A stretch of DNA of 64,000 bases from Armatimonadota bacterium (GTDB taxonomy: Bacteria > Armatimonadota > UBA5829 > DTLH01). Under the pieces are notes generated by a model. The model was not told where the DNA came from. It did not search any database and saw only the letters and a list, made by a program, of their open reading frames with translations. The stretch is taken from assembly GCA_038207085.1 (NCBI GenBank), contig JBBRAE010000005.1, positions 1 to 64,000 of the forward strand, read 5' to 3'. The position numbers and the translations under genes are program-made. Below are positions 50,024 through 59,296 of the stretch, piece by piece (position 1 is the first letter of the stretch; each line of letters starts with the position of its first letter).

Positions 50024-50157
50024 TCGTCCGGATTTGCAATCCGGGACGATCTGGCAGAATAGTCATCTGTGATGCCGGTAGATTGGGCACATCCGAAATA
50101 CCGGGATCACAGATCCCTTGCTTGCCAACAGGCCCCGGATTTCAAATCCGGGCCTAC
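50024..50157. repeat. pair of CCGGATTT..AATCCGG REP-like palindromes
   Basis: 50024-50049 and 50130-50157. Confidence 0.7.
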
Positions 50158-50174
50158 ATAGGGCGTGTATTGAT

Positions 50175-50372
50175 TCTTTGGGTGGAACGCACGTTTCGAG
50201 AGCCTCAACGTGATTGTTTTGGATTGATCTATATTTGATAGATTGGTGGTCGCGGCGGTACAACCTCTCACACCTCCACCCAACCCAACCCCTCACCCTG
50301 AGGCTCTCGAAGGGTGCGATGCACAAATTTCCCGACGTACTACAACAAAGGGAAGCTTATTAAATCCCCCAA
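50175..50372. repeat. ~195-bp dispersed repeat, copy 2
   Basis: Near-identical to 13712-13907. Confidence 0.92.
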
Positions 50373-50500
50373 CCCTCGCCACTCCCACCTCTTCACTACC
50401 CTCCCCATCCAATTCTGCACAATTTCAGGGCAAAACCCTTGACAGGGGGCAGGCTTGCGTGCAATCATGCGTTACCTAGCCGACGGCGGGCAAACAAAAA

Positions 50501-51190
50501 GTGACAACTATTGCTGACAACTTGGCCGCGGTGCGTGAACGGATAGCGAACGCAGCAGATCGGGCGGGCCGTAAATCAAGCGAAATCAGGCTTGTGACGG
50601 TCAGCAAAACGATCGATGTGGAACGCATCAAAGAAGCGATCGCGGCAGGAGCGACGGACCTCGGGGAAAACTACGTCCAGGAGGCCCTTGAGAAGTGGCA
50701 GGCCATCGGGCCGGCCGCGCGATGGCATTTCATCGGTCATCTCCAGAAGAACAAGGCAAGGCACGCAGTCGAAGCGTTTGATATGATTCAAAGCGTCGAC
50801 AGTGCTGAGCTTGCTGGGGAGATCGGAAAAAGAGCCCTCGCGCGTGGCGGCGCGGTGGATGTACTGATCGAGATAAACGTCGCAGAGGAAGAGGCCAAGT
50901 TCGGAGCGACGCCGAGCGATGCGCTCGCGCTTGCGGAACAGGTCTCGACTATACAAGGCATAAGGTTGCAGGGCTTTATGGGGATGGCTCCTTTTGTGGG
51001 CGATCCCGATGACGCGAGACCCTACTTCGCTCGCCTGAAAGGTCTTTGGGACAAGCTGCCAAAAGAGCAGCGTCTATGGCTTTCAATGGGAATGAGCCAC
51101 GATTTCGAGGCTGCAATCCTTGAAGGATCGAACATGGTACGTGTTGGAACGGCCATTTTCGGCGCGAGAAAAGCCAAGACGGGTCTCTAA
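50501..51190 (+). CDS. yggS: PLP homeostasis protein YggS
   Basis: VSKT, GENYVQE, WHFIGHLQKNK, LSMGMSHDF, VRVGTAIFG. Confidence 0.97.
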   Translation: MTTIADNLAAVRERIANAADRAGRKSSEIRLVTVSKTIDVERIKEAIAAGATDLGENYVQEALEKWQAIGPAARWHFIGHLQKNKARHAVEAFDMIQSVDSAELAGEIGKRALARGGAVDVLIEINVAEEEAKFGATPSDALALAEQVSTIQGIRLQGFMGMAPFVGDPDDARPYFARLKGLWDKLPKEQRLWLSMGMSHDFEAAILEGSNMVRVGTAIFGARKAKTGL

Positions 51191-51201
51191 AGAAGGTAAC
51201 C

Positions 51202-51260
51202 GGTGGCGCATAGCGCCAGCCTTTAAGAGACGGCGCTATCTGCGCCGTCGAAACCGAACA
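51202..51260. repeat. GTGGCGC / GACGGCGC double-hairpin repeat with inverted loop
   Basis: As 29351-29437 but second loop TATCT instead of GGATA. Confidence 0.85.
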
Positions 51261-51351
51261 ACTTCACAGTGATCAAAGTCAGATACGGAGTGGTTCGCCC
51301 GACACCCGATCCCATGACTGACACTTTACCACTTATGGGAGGGTACCAAGC

Positions 51352-51798
51352 GTGAATACAGCACCACTTGACGAGTACGAAGAGCGACCGAGAGGTCTAT
51401 GGACCAAGCTCAAAGACCGAATCGGTCTCAACGAGTACGAAGATGATTTCGAAGAGATGTTGGACGACCCCGGTGGGGTAAGGCGTCCTATGACGCTTCG
51501 AATCCATCCTTCGAGGATGCAGCATGTATCGGTATGGAAGTCGATCCAGTCTCTTGAGAACGCTCAGGAGGCCGCGGATGGGCTGAAAGCCGGACATCAG
51601 CAGATCGTTAACCTCGAGAAGGCCAGCCCCGAGATTTGCGGGCGGGTCATTGATTTCCTGAACGGAGTGGTTTATGCACTCGACGGTTACGTGGAGAAGG
51701 TCGGCGACAGAGTCTACCTCTTCACCCCAGCCAACTTCCAGATCGATGTGGAAAACGGCGCGGACCGGGGCAGCAATGGCCCGTTCATGAACAGATAA
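51352..51798 (+). CDS. sepF: cell division protein SepF
   Basis: IVNLE...RVIDFLNGVVYALDG...YLFTP; yggS-sepF-proC-yggT context. Confidence 0.92.
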   Translation: MNTAPLDEYEERPRGLWTKLKDRIGLNEYEDDFEEMLDDPGGVRRPMTLRIHPSRMQHVSVWKSIQSLENAQEAADGLKAGHQQIVNLEKASPEICGRVIDFLNGVVYALDGYVEKVGDRVYLFTPANFQIDVENGADRGSNGPFMNR

Positions 51799-51877
51799 TT
51801 ACAAGGGGTTAGGGGTTGGGGATTAGGGGTTAGCAATAACCATCCCCAGCCCCTTGCCATCAACTCCGGAGAGTAAA

Positions 51878-52705
51878 ATGCCTGATAGAACAAGACGCCT
51901 GGCGGTCCTGGGCGCGGGAGCCATGGGCCAGGCGCTGGTGCGCGGACTGATCGCCGCGGGGGTCTACTCCGCACGCGAGATAGTTGTAGCCGATGTCGAC
52001 AAGGAGCGCCTCGGCGCTTTTGGTGAGGACACCGGAGTCGAGTCCGCCGGAAACGTTGAATCCGTCTCTTCCGCAACCACCATCATTCTTGCCGTCAAAC
52101 CGGCGGTGATCCCCGATGTCCTCGAAGAGATTTCCGGCTATATCGGAGTAGATCAGCTCGTGATCTCAATTGCGGCGGGCGTCAAAATCCAGCAGATCGG
52201 CGCAAAGCTTCGCTCGGGCGTTCCGATTGTCCGCGCGATGCCGAACACCCCCTGCCTTGTGCAGGAAGGGGCTATAGCCATCTGCCGGGGGCGAGACGCT
52301 ACCGATGCACACGTCGACCGGGCGCTATCGATTTTTGGCGCTGTGGGTAAAGTGATCGAGACGCCGGAAAAACTGATGGACGCAGTGACGGGCCTCTCGG
52401 GAAGCGGCCCTGCCTACATCTACACCGTCATCGAGGCGCTCTCGGACGGCGGAGTCGCCGCTGGGCTTGCACGCCCGCAGGCAGCGCTCCTTGCCGCTCA
52501 GACCGTGCTCGGCGCAGCCAAGATGGTAATAGAGACAGGCAAGCACCCAGCCGAGCTTCGCGAGGCTGTGACGAGCCCCGGCGGCACTACTATCGCCGGA
52601 ATCGTCGCACTGGAGCGAGGAGCATTCCGGGCCGCGTTGCTTGACGCTGTCGAGGCCGCAACAGACCGGTCCATCGAGCTCTCAAGGCCAGATTCCGGCT
52701 CTTAA
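51878..52705 (+). CDS. proC: pyrroline-5-carboxylate reductase
   Basis: GAGAMG, LAVKP, SIAAG, RAMPNTP, SGSGPAY, SPGGTT. Confidence 0.97.
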   Translation: MPDRTRRLAVLGAGAMGQALVRGLIAAGVYSAREIVVADVDKERLGAFGEDTGVESAGNVESVSSATTIILAVKPAVIPDVLEEISGYIGVDQLVISIAAGVKIQQIGAKLRSGVPIVRAMPNTPCLVQEGAIAICRGRDATDAHVDRALSIFGAVGKVIETPEKLMDAVTGLSGSGPAYIYTVIEALSDGGVAAGLARPQAALLAAQTVLGAAKMVIETGKHPAELREAVTSPGGTTIAGIVALERGAFRAALLDAVEAATDRSIELSRPDSGS

Positions 52706-52719
52706 GGGAGCATAACACT

Positions 52720-53001
52720 ATGGTAACTCTGCTTCGTGCGGCTCTGCTTATACTCGAAGTGCTGAGCTGGATGATCATTATTGACGTGATCCTATCCTAT
52801 TTTCCGTCGGCTTCGCGAAACCAGTTCGCGATCTCACTTCGGAGGATCACGCACGCCTTGACCGACCCGATCAGGCGCATCATCGCGCCCAAGCGAGTCG
52901 GGGAGGCTAGCGTCGACTTCTCGCCTCTTGTCGCGCTTGTGATAATCTGGGTACTCCAGGCGATTGTCACCGCCACGCTTGCCCGGATGTTGCCCCATTG
53001 A
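52720..53001 (+). CDS. yggT: YggT family membrane protein
   Basis: ILSYFP, PIRRII, DFSPLVA; conserved operon position. Confidence 0.88.
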   Translation: MVTLLRAALLILEVLSWMIIIDVILSYFPSASRNQFAISLRRITHALTDPIRRIIAPKRVGEASVDFSPLVALVIIWVLQAIVTATLARMLPH

Positions 53002-54488
53002 TGGGAAACGGCTTCAGAAGTGAATACCCGGACATCCGAAGGTCGCTCTGGTGGCAGTACGCCACGGCGGCGTTTGTGCTGATCGCATTCTTCTTTCTGC
53101 TGACGCTTTCTGACAACAGGCCATCGGGCAAAGCCGAACGACCCGACACCAGCGCCGACATTATGAGCGGGGACTGGGCGGTCAAGGTGAACCTGTTCTA
53201 CGGGGCGCTGCCTGCCAAAGCCTCGCGGGCCCAGAGCGCCCTTCCGATGGCGTTCACAAGCTACAAGAGAGCGGCGGACCTCGGAAGCCCTGCGGGAATC
53301 AGGCGCGCCGGAGTCATCGCACGCGAGCTCAACCGGCCCGATGCGACCGAAATATTCGCGAAACTGACCTCACCCCAGGCCAACCACGACCTCCCCAAGC
53401 AGGACATCTCGCGCCTGAAAAGCGAAGCCGCGATGTGGCACGATATCTACACAGGCAGCCTCACCCCGGAAGTGACCAGGCGCTACGCCGAGCAGATCAA
53501 GAAGACCAACCTCGGCCCTGCCAGAGCCTACGCACTGGGGCAACTCTACACGCGCGCGGGCGAAAAGACACAGGCCATGATAGTGATCGAACGAGCGCGT
53601 GAACGGGCGGTGGCATCGGTCGTTCCGGGGTCGCTCTTGGTCCTTGGTGTGATTTTGGCCGGGATCGCGGGAATCGTCTTTATTGTGATCTTCTTTCGAA
53701 ACAGACGGCGGGAGCTACCCGGCGAGCTGCCAGTCGGCATCGCGGATGAGCTTGAGGAGCCAGAAGTCGACCGCGGGATCATGTCCCGGCCCTGGGTATT
53801 GTTTCAGGGGTTCATCGCCTATATGGGCCTGATGCTCGTCCTCTCGTTTCTTGCGGTGGGGACGATCGTGCCACGGCTTGAGGGGATGGAGTCCGATCAA
53901 CGGCTGTTCTACGGAGTTATGCTGGAGTTCGCCCTGAGCGCGACCACCGGGCTCCTTGCGCTTGCTATCCTCGCAAGCCTTGTAAAGCGGGCTGGCGGAA
54001 CGCTTGCGGAGATCGGCCTGACGACCCGGGATTTCGGACGAAACGTGCTCTGGGGCTGCGCGGGCTACTGCGCGCTGCTCCCCATCCTCGCACTCGCAGC
54101 GATGATATCCGGCGCACTTTTCAGGGGACTTCCGACCCGCGAGCACCCCATCGTCCCGATGCTCCTATCCGGCGACCTCGCCGTCTTCTCACTGCTATTT
54201 GTGACCGGGGCGGTCTTTGCCCCGATATTTGAAGAGATATTCTTCCGGGGCGTGCTCTATCGGGGGCTCCGGTGGGGACTATCGACCACTGCGGCGGTTG
54301 CGCTCTCTGCTGCGGGGTTTGCGATCGTCCACCCTCAGCTTCCGGCCGGGTTCCTGCCGATTTTCGCGATCGGCGCGGTCTTCGCCCTGCTTGCCGAGGA
54401 GCGAAAATCGCTTGTCCCCTCGATGGTCGCCCACGCGCTCAATAACGGCGTGATATTCCTCACGATTTATTTTCTAGTAATGTCCTAA
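52998..54488 (+). CDS. CPBP (Abi/CAAX) intramembrane metalloprotease with extracellular helical domain
   Basis: APIFEEIFFRG, FAIVH, HALNN. Confidence 0.9.
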   Translation: MMGNGFRSEYPDIRRSLWWQYATAAFVLIAFFFLLTLSDNRPSGKAERPDTSADIMSGDWAVKVNLFYGALPAKASRAQSALPMAFTSYKRAADLGSPAGIRRAGVIARELNRPDATEIFAKLTSPQANHDLPKQDISRLKSEAAMWHDIYTGSLTPEVTRRYAEQIKKTNLGPARAYALGQLYTRAGEKTQAMIVIERARERAVASVVPGSLLVLGVILAGIAGIVFIVIFFRNRRRELPGELPVGIADELEEPEVDRGIMSRPWVLFQGFIAYMGLMLVLSFLAVGTIVPRLEGMESDQRLFYGVMLEFALSATTGLLALAILASLVKRAGGTLAEIGLTTRDFGRNVLWGCAGYCALLPILALAAMISGALFRGLPTREHPIVPMLLSGDLAVFSLLFVTGAVFAPIFEEIFFRGVLYRGLRWGLSTTAAVALSAAGFAIVHPQLPAGFLPIFAIGAVFALLAEERKSLVPSMVAHALNNGVIFLTIYFLVMS

Positions 54489-54493
54489 AGCCC

Positions 54494-54520
54494 TAAAGAA
54501 CCCGCGCGGTGTGCCGATAA
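54494..54520 (+). promoter_or_regulatory. sigma-28 (FliA/SigD/WhiG) promoter
   Basis: TAAA (54494-54497), exactly 15 nt, GCCGATAA (54513-54520): full consensus. Confidence 0.8.
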
Positions 54521-54526
54521 TCTTTA

Positions 54527-54721
54527 CTGGCAGGGAGTTTTGTGCTGACGCGCGAAGCTTCTGTGTTGCTCTGAGGAAGTGCCGGAAACGGCATAGTCGA
54601 GCAGTGCCTTTTGCCAGAGACAATCCTCTTTTTCTCCTTCCTTATAAGTGTTGTGGACTAACGTCGGATGCGATAAGCTCCCGGCGACCCGCGGGGTGAC
54701 CTCACCCGGCGGGATTTTTTT
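54527..54721 (+). ncRNA. candidate sigma-28-dependent sRNA
   Basis: 5' CTGGCAGGG pairs with TTTTGCCAG (54609-54617); inner stems; CU tract 54624-54643; terminator hairpin 54688-54713 with T7. Confidence 0.6.
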
Positions 54722-54754
54722 GTACGGGGTGATGAGTTGGGTTGGTCGTAAATT

Positions 54755-54837
54755 TACCCCTCACGCCGGCCATCTCCTCTTAGGCGACAGCATTCCCCGT
54801 AGGGGAATGCGATAGCTCTCAAGGGGAGAGGGGGTAG
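54755..54837. repeat. CCCCTC..GGAGAGGGGG REP-like element carrying a CGACAGC..GCGATAG module
   Basis: Outer palindrome with inner perfect hairpin GCATTCCCC/GGGGAATGC. Confidence 0.6.
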
Positions 54838-54859
54838 ATAGTAGGGTGAGGGTGCTAAA

Positions 54860-55957
54860 TCAGGAGTTCATCGCGGCGCGGGCGATCTCTTTGCCACGGT
54901 CGATGAAGTAGTGCATCGTCTCGTGATCGATCGAGGGCGGCTCGGAGTGGTCGGTGTGCAGGATATAGCCTGTTCCAGCCTTGATCACCGCAGGGATCTT
55001 CTTCTCAAGCTCGGCGTCGATCTTGGAGCGGTCATTGCTCTCAAGGGTGCGCACGTCGAGACCGCCGTAAAAGGCGATCCGATCGCCGAAGCGTTCGACG
55101 AGCGTTGGCAGGTCCATTCCGGCCTTCACTTCCATGGCCTGCAGGCAGTCCATACCGGCCTCGATCAGCCCCGGCACCAACGCCTCAACGTAGCCGCAGG
55201 AGTGAACGATCACAGGGCAGCCCATAGAGTGCGCGAAGTCGAAGAGCTTCTTGTGCCCCGGCTGCACGATCTCCTCGTACATCCCCGGCGACATAAACGG
55301 CTTGTTCTTGAATCCCATGTCCTCATAGAAGAACACACCGTCGGGCTTGCCCTCTTCGGCGAATAGCGTCTCAAGGTGCGCGATGGTGAAGTCGGCGAAG
55401 GTGTTGACCATGTCTTTGACCCAATCGGGGTCAAGCGCCATCCCCATAAGCATGTACTCGTGCCCGCAGACGGGGTGCATCTGCTCAAACGGCGCCACTC
55501 CGCTCCAGCAGAAGAACCGCTCCCGCTCGGTGGCGAAAACCTTGGCGTCGCGGTAACCTTGGAAGCTTATCCTGTTGCGATCGAGATCGACCAGCCGCGG
55601 CTTGATCAGCTCTTCCCAGCCAGAACGGTCTTTGACTGTGAAATCGACGTGCTCCGGGGTGGTCGCATGCTCCTTGTGGCGGCGGAGAATCGCGCCGTTG
55701 CCATCAAGCATCAGGACCGTGTCCTCGGTCTCTTCGAGGACTTTGGGCTCAACATTGTAGTCGGCGGTGCTGGTTAAAGGCCAGATAAGGCGCAGATCCT
55801 GCCCAAAATGCTCTGCGACGTCCTCACCTTCAGTGACGTGACCCTCACTTGTCCATCTTTTGATAGTTTCGCTCCAGGGGCTCACGGCCACCGGAATCTC
55901 ATCGACGGGCTTGCGTGACAGAGTCGCGACTACCCGCTCATAGCTTGTCATTGACAT
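54860..55957 (-). CDS. uroporphyrinogen decarboxylase (URO-D/CIMS) family protein
   Basis: MTSYERV, YEDMG, VHSCG, FYGGLD, HTDHS motifs. Confidence 0.85.
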   Translation of the reverse strand: MSMTSYERVVATLSRKPVDEIPVAVSPWSETIKRWTSEGHVTEGEDVAEHFGQDLRLIWPLTSTADYNVEPKVLEETEDTVLMLDGNGAILRRHKEHATTPEHVDFTVKDRSGWEELIKPRLVDLDRNRISFQGYRDAKVFATERERFFCWSGVAPFEQMHPVCGHEYMLMGMALDPDWVKDMVNTFADFTIAHLETLFAEEGKPDGVFFYEDMGFKNKPFMSPGMYEEIVQPGHKKLFDFAHSMGCPVIVHSCGYVEALVPGLIEAGMDCLQAMEVKAGMDLPTLVERFGDRIAFYGGLDVRTLESNDRSKIDAELEKKIPAVIKAGTGYILHTDHSEPPSIDHETMHYFIDRGKEIARAAMNS

Positions 55958-55989
55958 CTGGTTCGTCCTCTCTTATGCTGCCTTACTCC

Positions 55990-56025
55990 AAAAATCGGGT
56001 AGCACCATAGTGGAGGCTACCCGAT
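55990..56025 (-). terminator. intrinsic terminator after the galT-rSAM-galK-zinc ribbon unit
   Basis: Minus strand ATCGGGTAGC-loop-GCTACCCGAT-TTTT. Confidence 0.65.
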
Positions 56026-56053
56026 AAATGATACACCAACTAAAACGTTTCCG

Positions 56054-56575
56054 CTACTCCGAAACCCTATCTATTTTCCAGATTTTTCCCACTTTGACCA
56101 AACCGACCCGGTTGATGAGCGTCTGCCCGCCTTCGCCCTTGAATGTCACGGTCACAGCAGCCTCGTTTGACCCCGAAACGCTGGGTTTGGAGACATCAAA
56201 GCTCCCATTGTTCTCGTGAACGAAGCCGAAGTAGTTGTCGGCCTTTTCCGCGCTTGCGCTTCGGTCAAAGAGCGAGTCCTCAAACTGCTGCGTGGTGAAC
56301 TTCTTCGCCTGCTCGACCCTGCGGTTCGTGCAGGCTTCGGCCCACTTGAGTGTCACCTGATCCGGCGGGATTACACGAAGCGACATCACGGTGACCAGGG
56401 CGACAATCAGCACAAGAAGCGCCCCTCCGGCGATCCCCACCGTCTTCCAGGGGATTTCGACCGGCGGCTTCACTTCCACCTTTGGCCCACCCGGCCACTT
56501 GTCGGTCTGCTCTCCGCAGTACAGGCACGCTTTTTGCTCAGGATGCAGGCTCTGCCCGCATTTCACGCACTTCAT
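56054..56575 (-). CDS. zinc-ribbon membrane protein with NTF2-like extracellular domain
   Basis: CVKCG..CLYCG, one TM helix, C-terminal LVKVGKIWKI. Confidence 0.7.
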   Translation of the reverse strand: MKCVKCGQSLHPEQKACLYCGEQTDKWPGGPKVEVKPPVEIPWKTVGIAGGALLVLIVALVTVMSLRVIPPDQVTLKWAEACTNRRVEQAKKFTTQQFEDSLFDRSASAEKADNYFGFVHENNGSFDVSKPSVSGSNEAAVTVTFKGEGGQTLINRVGLVKVGKIWKIDRVSE

Positions 56576-56623
56576 ATCTAAGCGATGAGCGACTGGCGCT
56601 CATTTCCTCCTGTGTTGGTTGTT

Positions 56624-57793
56624 CTAGCTAAGCTCTACGGGCCCTGCGCCGGCTTCGGCTGTGCAGACGTAGAGGTTCGGCTCCACGCCTGTTTTGGCCT
56701 TGTAGCGCTCGGGGACGAGCCTTAAAAAATCTTCGACTGCATCGTCTCGAACCAGCGACGCCGTCGCGCCGCCGAATCCTGCGCCGATCAAGCGGCTGCA
56801 CATCGAGCCTTCGACCGAGCGAGATGCCTCAGCCATCGCGTCGAGTTCAAAACAGCTTGTCTCGTAGTCGTCGCGGGCGGAGTTGTGCGACTTGTCCATA
56901 AGCAGGGCGAAGGTCTCCATATCGCCCGCCTTTAGGGCATCGCGGCAGCCCACGGTCCACTCGTTTTCGTTTACGACGTGACGCGCGCGCTTCAGGACGA
57001 CCTCAGGCAGCCTGTCACCGTAATTGGCGAGGTCCTCGCTTGTCACGTCACGGAGCGCCGTAACCCCCGGAACCCACTCTGAGAGCAGCTTTACAGCCTC
57101 CTCGCACTGGGCGCGGCGGGTGTTATACTCGGAATCGACAAGGCCGCGTCGCTTCATCGTATCGCAGATGATAATCTTGTTGCTGCCGGTATCAAGCGGC
57201 ACGAGCTCGTGCTCGAGCGTGCGGCAGTCGAGGAAGAGCGCCTGATCTTTGGCTCCGAGACGGGATATGAACTGATCCATGATCCCCGTGTTCACCCCGA
57301 CAAACTTGTTTTCGGCCTTCTGCCCCGTAAGCGCGAGGTCCGGTCCCGACATCTCAAAGCCAAGCATGGCCTGAAAAAGCGTGCCGATTGCCATCTCGAT
57401 CGCAGCCGAGCTCGAAAGCCCGGAGCCGACCGGGACGTTGCCCTCAACGGCGATATCCGCACCGCGGAGCTCAACCCCAGCCTCACCTAGATATACGAGC
57501 ATCCCCCTGAGATAGTTGCTCCAGGTGTTCACTTCGTCGAACTTGTTGTCGTCAAGTGAGAACTCGACCATAGAGCCGAAGTTGGTCGAGTAAGCGCGAA
57601 CGACTCTATCGTCACGAAGACGCCCGGCTGCAAGCACTTCAAAGCTCACTGCCACGGGCAGGACAAAACCATCGTTGTAATCCGTGTGGTGGCCCATCAG
57701 GTCGATGCGCCCGGGTCCTTTGGTTAGAACCTCTGAATCGGTATTGTAGAGCTCCCTGAACTTGCGTTTAAGGGCTGTGGCCCTTGCTATCAT
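56624..57793 (-). CDS. galK: galactokinase
   Basis: PGRIDLMGHHTDYN, VPVGSGLSSSAA, GIMDQ, GAGFGG. Confidence 0.95.
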   Translation of the reverse strand: MIARATALKRKFRELYNTDSEVLTKGPGRIDLMGHHTDYNDGFVLPVAVSFEVLAAGRLRDDRVVRAYSTNFGSMVEFSLDDNKFDEVNTWSNYLRGMLVYLGEAGVELRGADIAVEGNVPVGSGLSSSAAIEMAIGTLFQAMLGFEMSGPDLALTGQKAENKFVGVNTGIMDQFISRLGAKDQALFLDCRTLEHELVPLDTGSNKIIICDTMKRRGLVDSEYNTRRAQCEEAVKLLSEWVPGVTALRDVTSEDLANYGDRLPEVVLKRARHVVNENEWTVGCRDALKAGDMETFALLMDKSHNSARDDYETSCFELDAMAEASRSVEGSMCSRLIGAGFGGATASLVRDDAVEDFLRLVPERYKAKTGVEPNLYVCTAEAGAGPVELS

Positions 57794-57799
57794 GGTGTG

Positions 57800-59275
57800 T
57801 TAAGCCTCCGTGGTGGGAATATTCTTGCCAAGCCCGGAGTTACCCGCCAGGCTCTTGATATTGTCGATAAAGTCTTTGTTCGCCGCAATATAGCGCCTCG
57901 TTAGCACGTGGCCGTAGGCGCGGTAGAACCATCCGTAAACCTTCATTCTGGCGTAGTCTCCCGCTTTCCGCCATCTGCCTACAAAGACGTTTGCGAAGAA
58001 ATGCGCGAAATCGGGCCGAACGAGCATCTTCGCGCACTGATACAGGCTGTAGAACCGCTTGGTCGCGATCATCATCTCCCGCTGCATCTCCCAGGCGTTC
58101 ATGCTCTTGGGATTGTACACCACATGCAGCCCGTCGTAAAGCGACCAGTCCCGAGTGAGAAGACGCTTCTCCCGCTCCATCTGCTCAAACACCGGCGTCC
58201 CAGGCAAGGGAGTGAGCGACATAAGCTGAACGGTATCAATCTTGTGTTTCAACGCAAAGTTTACTGTCTGCCTGACGGTGCTCACCGTGTCGTTCTCAGA
58301 GCCCAGGACGAACATGCCGTGGATCATTATTCCATTCTCATGGAAGACCTTGATCGACTCGACGATCTCCTCGACATTCTGCCCCTTGTCATACTCTGCC
58401 AGCGTCGCCGGGTTCACAGACTCGAAGCCGACATAGACATAGTAGCAGTTGCTCCGCTTCATAAGCCTGAGCAGTTCCCGGTCCCGGGTGACGTCGGCGC
58501 GCACCTGTGCGCTCCAGCCCGGAGTGACCCCGGCCGAGAGCATCTTGTCCAAGAGCTCCTTGGTGTGAGCGCGGTTTGCCGTGAAGTTGTCGTCGTAAAA
58601 GAAGACACTTTCAGCCCGAAGCGCCTTAAGCTCCTCAATCACGTTCTCCGCACTTCTGAAGCGATACCCGCGCCCAAACATCCTCGTGACCGAGCAGAAG
58701 TTGCAGCCAAACGGGCACCCCCGCGAGGTCGCCACTGGTGTGACCGACATCTTTTCCCGGCCCCGTATAAGCGAGAGATCAGGAAACGGCAGCGAATCGA
58801 GATCACAGATCAGCCCGCGCGCGGCGTTGTGGACGATCTCATCGCCTCGCCTGTAGCTGAGCCCTTTAATGCCTTCGGGCTCCGAACCCGACTCAAGCGC
58901 GTCGATCAGCTCCCGAAACGCCTCCTCACCCTCGCCCCGCACGCAGTAGTCGGCGTGAGAAAGCGCCTCATCAGCCATAAAACTCACATGGCTTCCGCCA
59001 AGGACGACGGGAACACCAAAAGCGCGGGCCCTATCAGCGATGCGATAGGCCTCGGGCGCGGTCGACGTGGTAGTCGAGATCCCGACGAGGTCCGAGCGAC
59101 GCAGCTCTTCATAATCGATCGGCGCAAAGTCCTGGCAGTAGACGCTAACGTCGCGTCCCCGCGCTTTCTCCATCGCTCCAAGGAGCGGCAGACCAAGTCT
59201 CGGGAGCGCAACGCGGCTGTACACGTGGTACCCCGGCGCTTTGGGCTCGATTAGAGTGATCTTTTGGATATTCAT
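57800..59275 (-). CDS. B12-binding radical SAM protein
   Basis: LGGSHVS, VRGEGE, SRGCPFGCNFC, FFYDDNF, VGFES, TPLPGT. Confidence 0.93.
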   Translation of the reverse strand: MNIQKITLIEPKAPGYHVYSRVALPRLGLPLLGAMEKARGRDVSVYCQDFAPIDYEELRRSDLVGISTTTSTAPEAYRIADRARAFGVPVVLGGSHVSFMADEALSHADYCVRGEGEEAFRELIDALESGSEPEGIKGLSYRRGDEIVHNAARGLICDLDSLPFPDLSLIRGREKMSVTPVATSRGCPFGCNFCSVTRMFGRGYRFRSAENVIEELKALRAESVFFYDDNFTANRAHTKELLDKMLSAGVTPGWSAQVRADVTRDRELLRLMKRSNCYYVYVGFESVNPATLAEYDKGQNVEEIVESIKVFHENGIMIHGMFVLGSENDTVSTVRQTVNFALKHKIDTVQLMSLTPLPGTPVFEQMEREKRLLTRDWSLYDGLHVVYNPKSMNAWEMQREMMIATKRFYSLYQCAKMLVRPDFAHFFANVFVGRWRKAGDYARMKVYGWFYRAYGHVLTRRYIAANKDFIDNIKSLAGNSGLGKNIPTTEA

Positions 59276-59296
59276 AGGCTGTCAGCTAACTGCTCC

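Noticed and set aside
51804..51855. AGGGGTT heptamer run as a telomere-like or CRISPR repeat
   Set aside because: Only about four degenerate tandem units with no spacers; an ordinary short tandem repeat. No CRISPR array or cas gene seen in the window
54570..54590. CTGAGGA..GAAA resembling a hammerhead ribozyme core
   Set aside because: No stem II between the two core strands; GAAA is better read as the tetraloop of GTGCCG/CGGCAT
54511..54699. 62-aa ORF across the sigma-28 transcript
   Set aside because: Its start codon lies in the -10 box, upstream of the predicted TSS; no SD and no protein-like features
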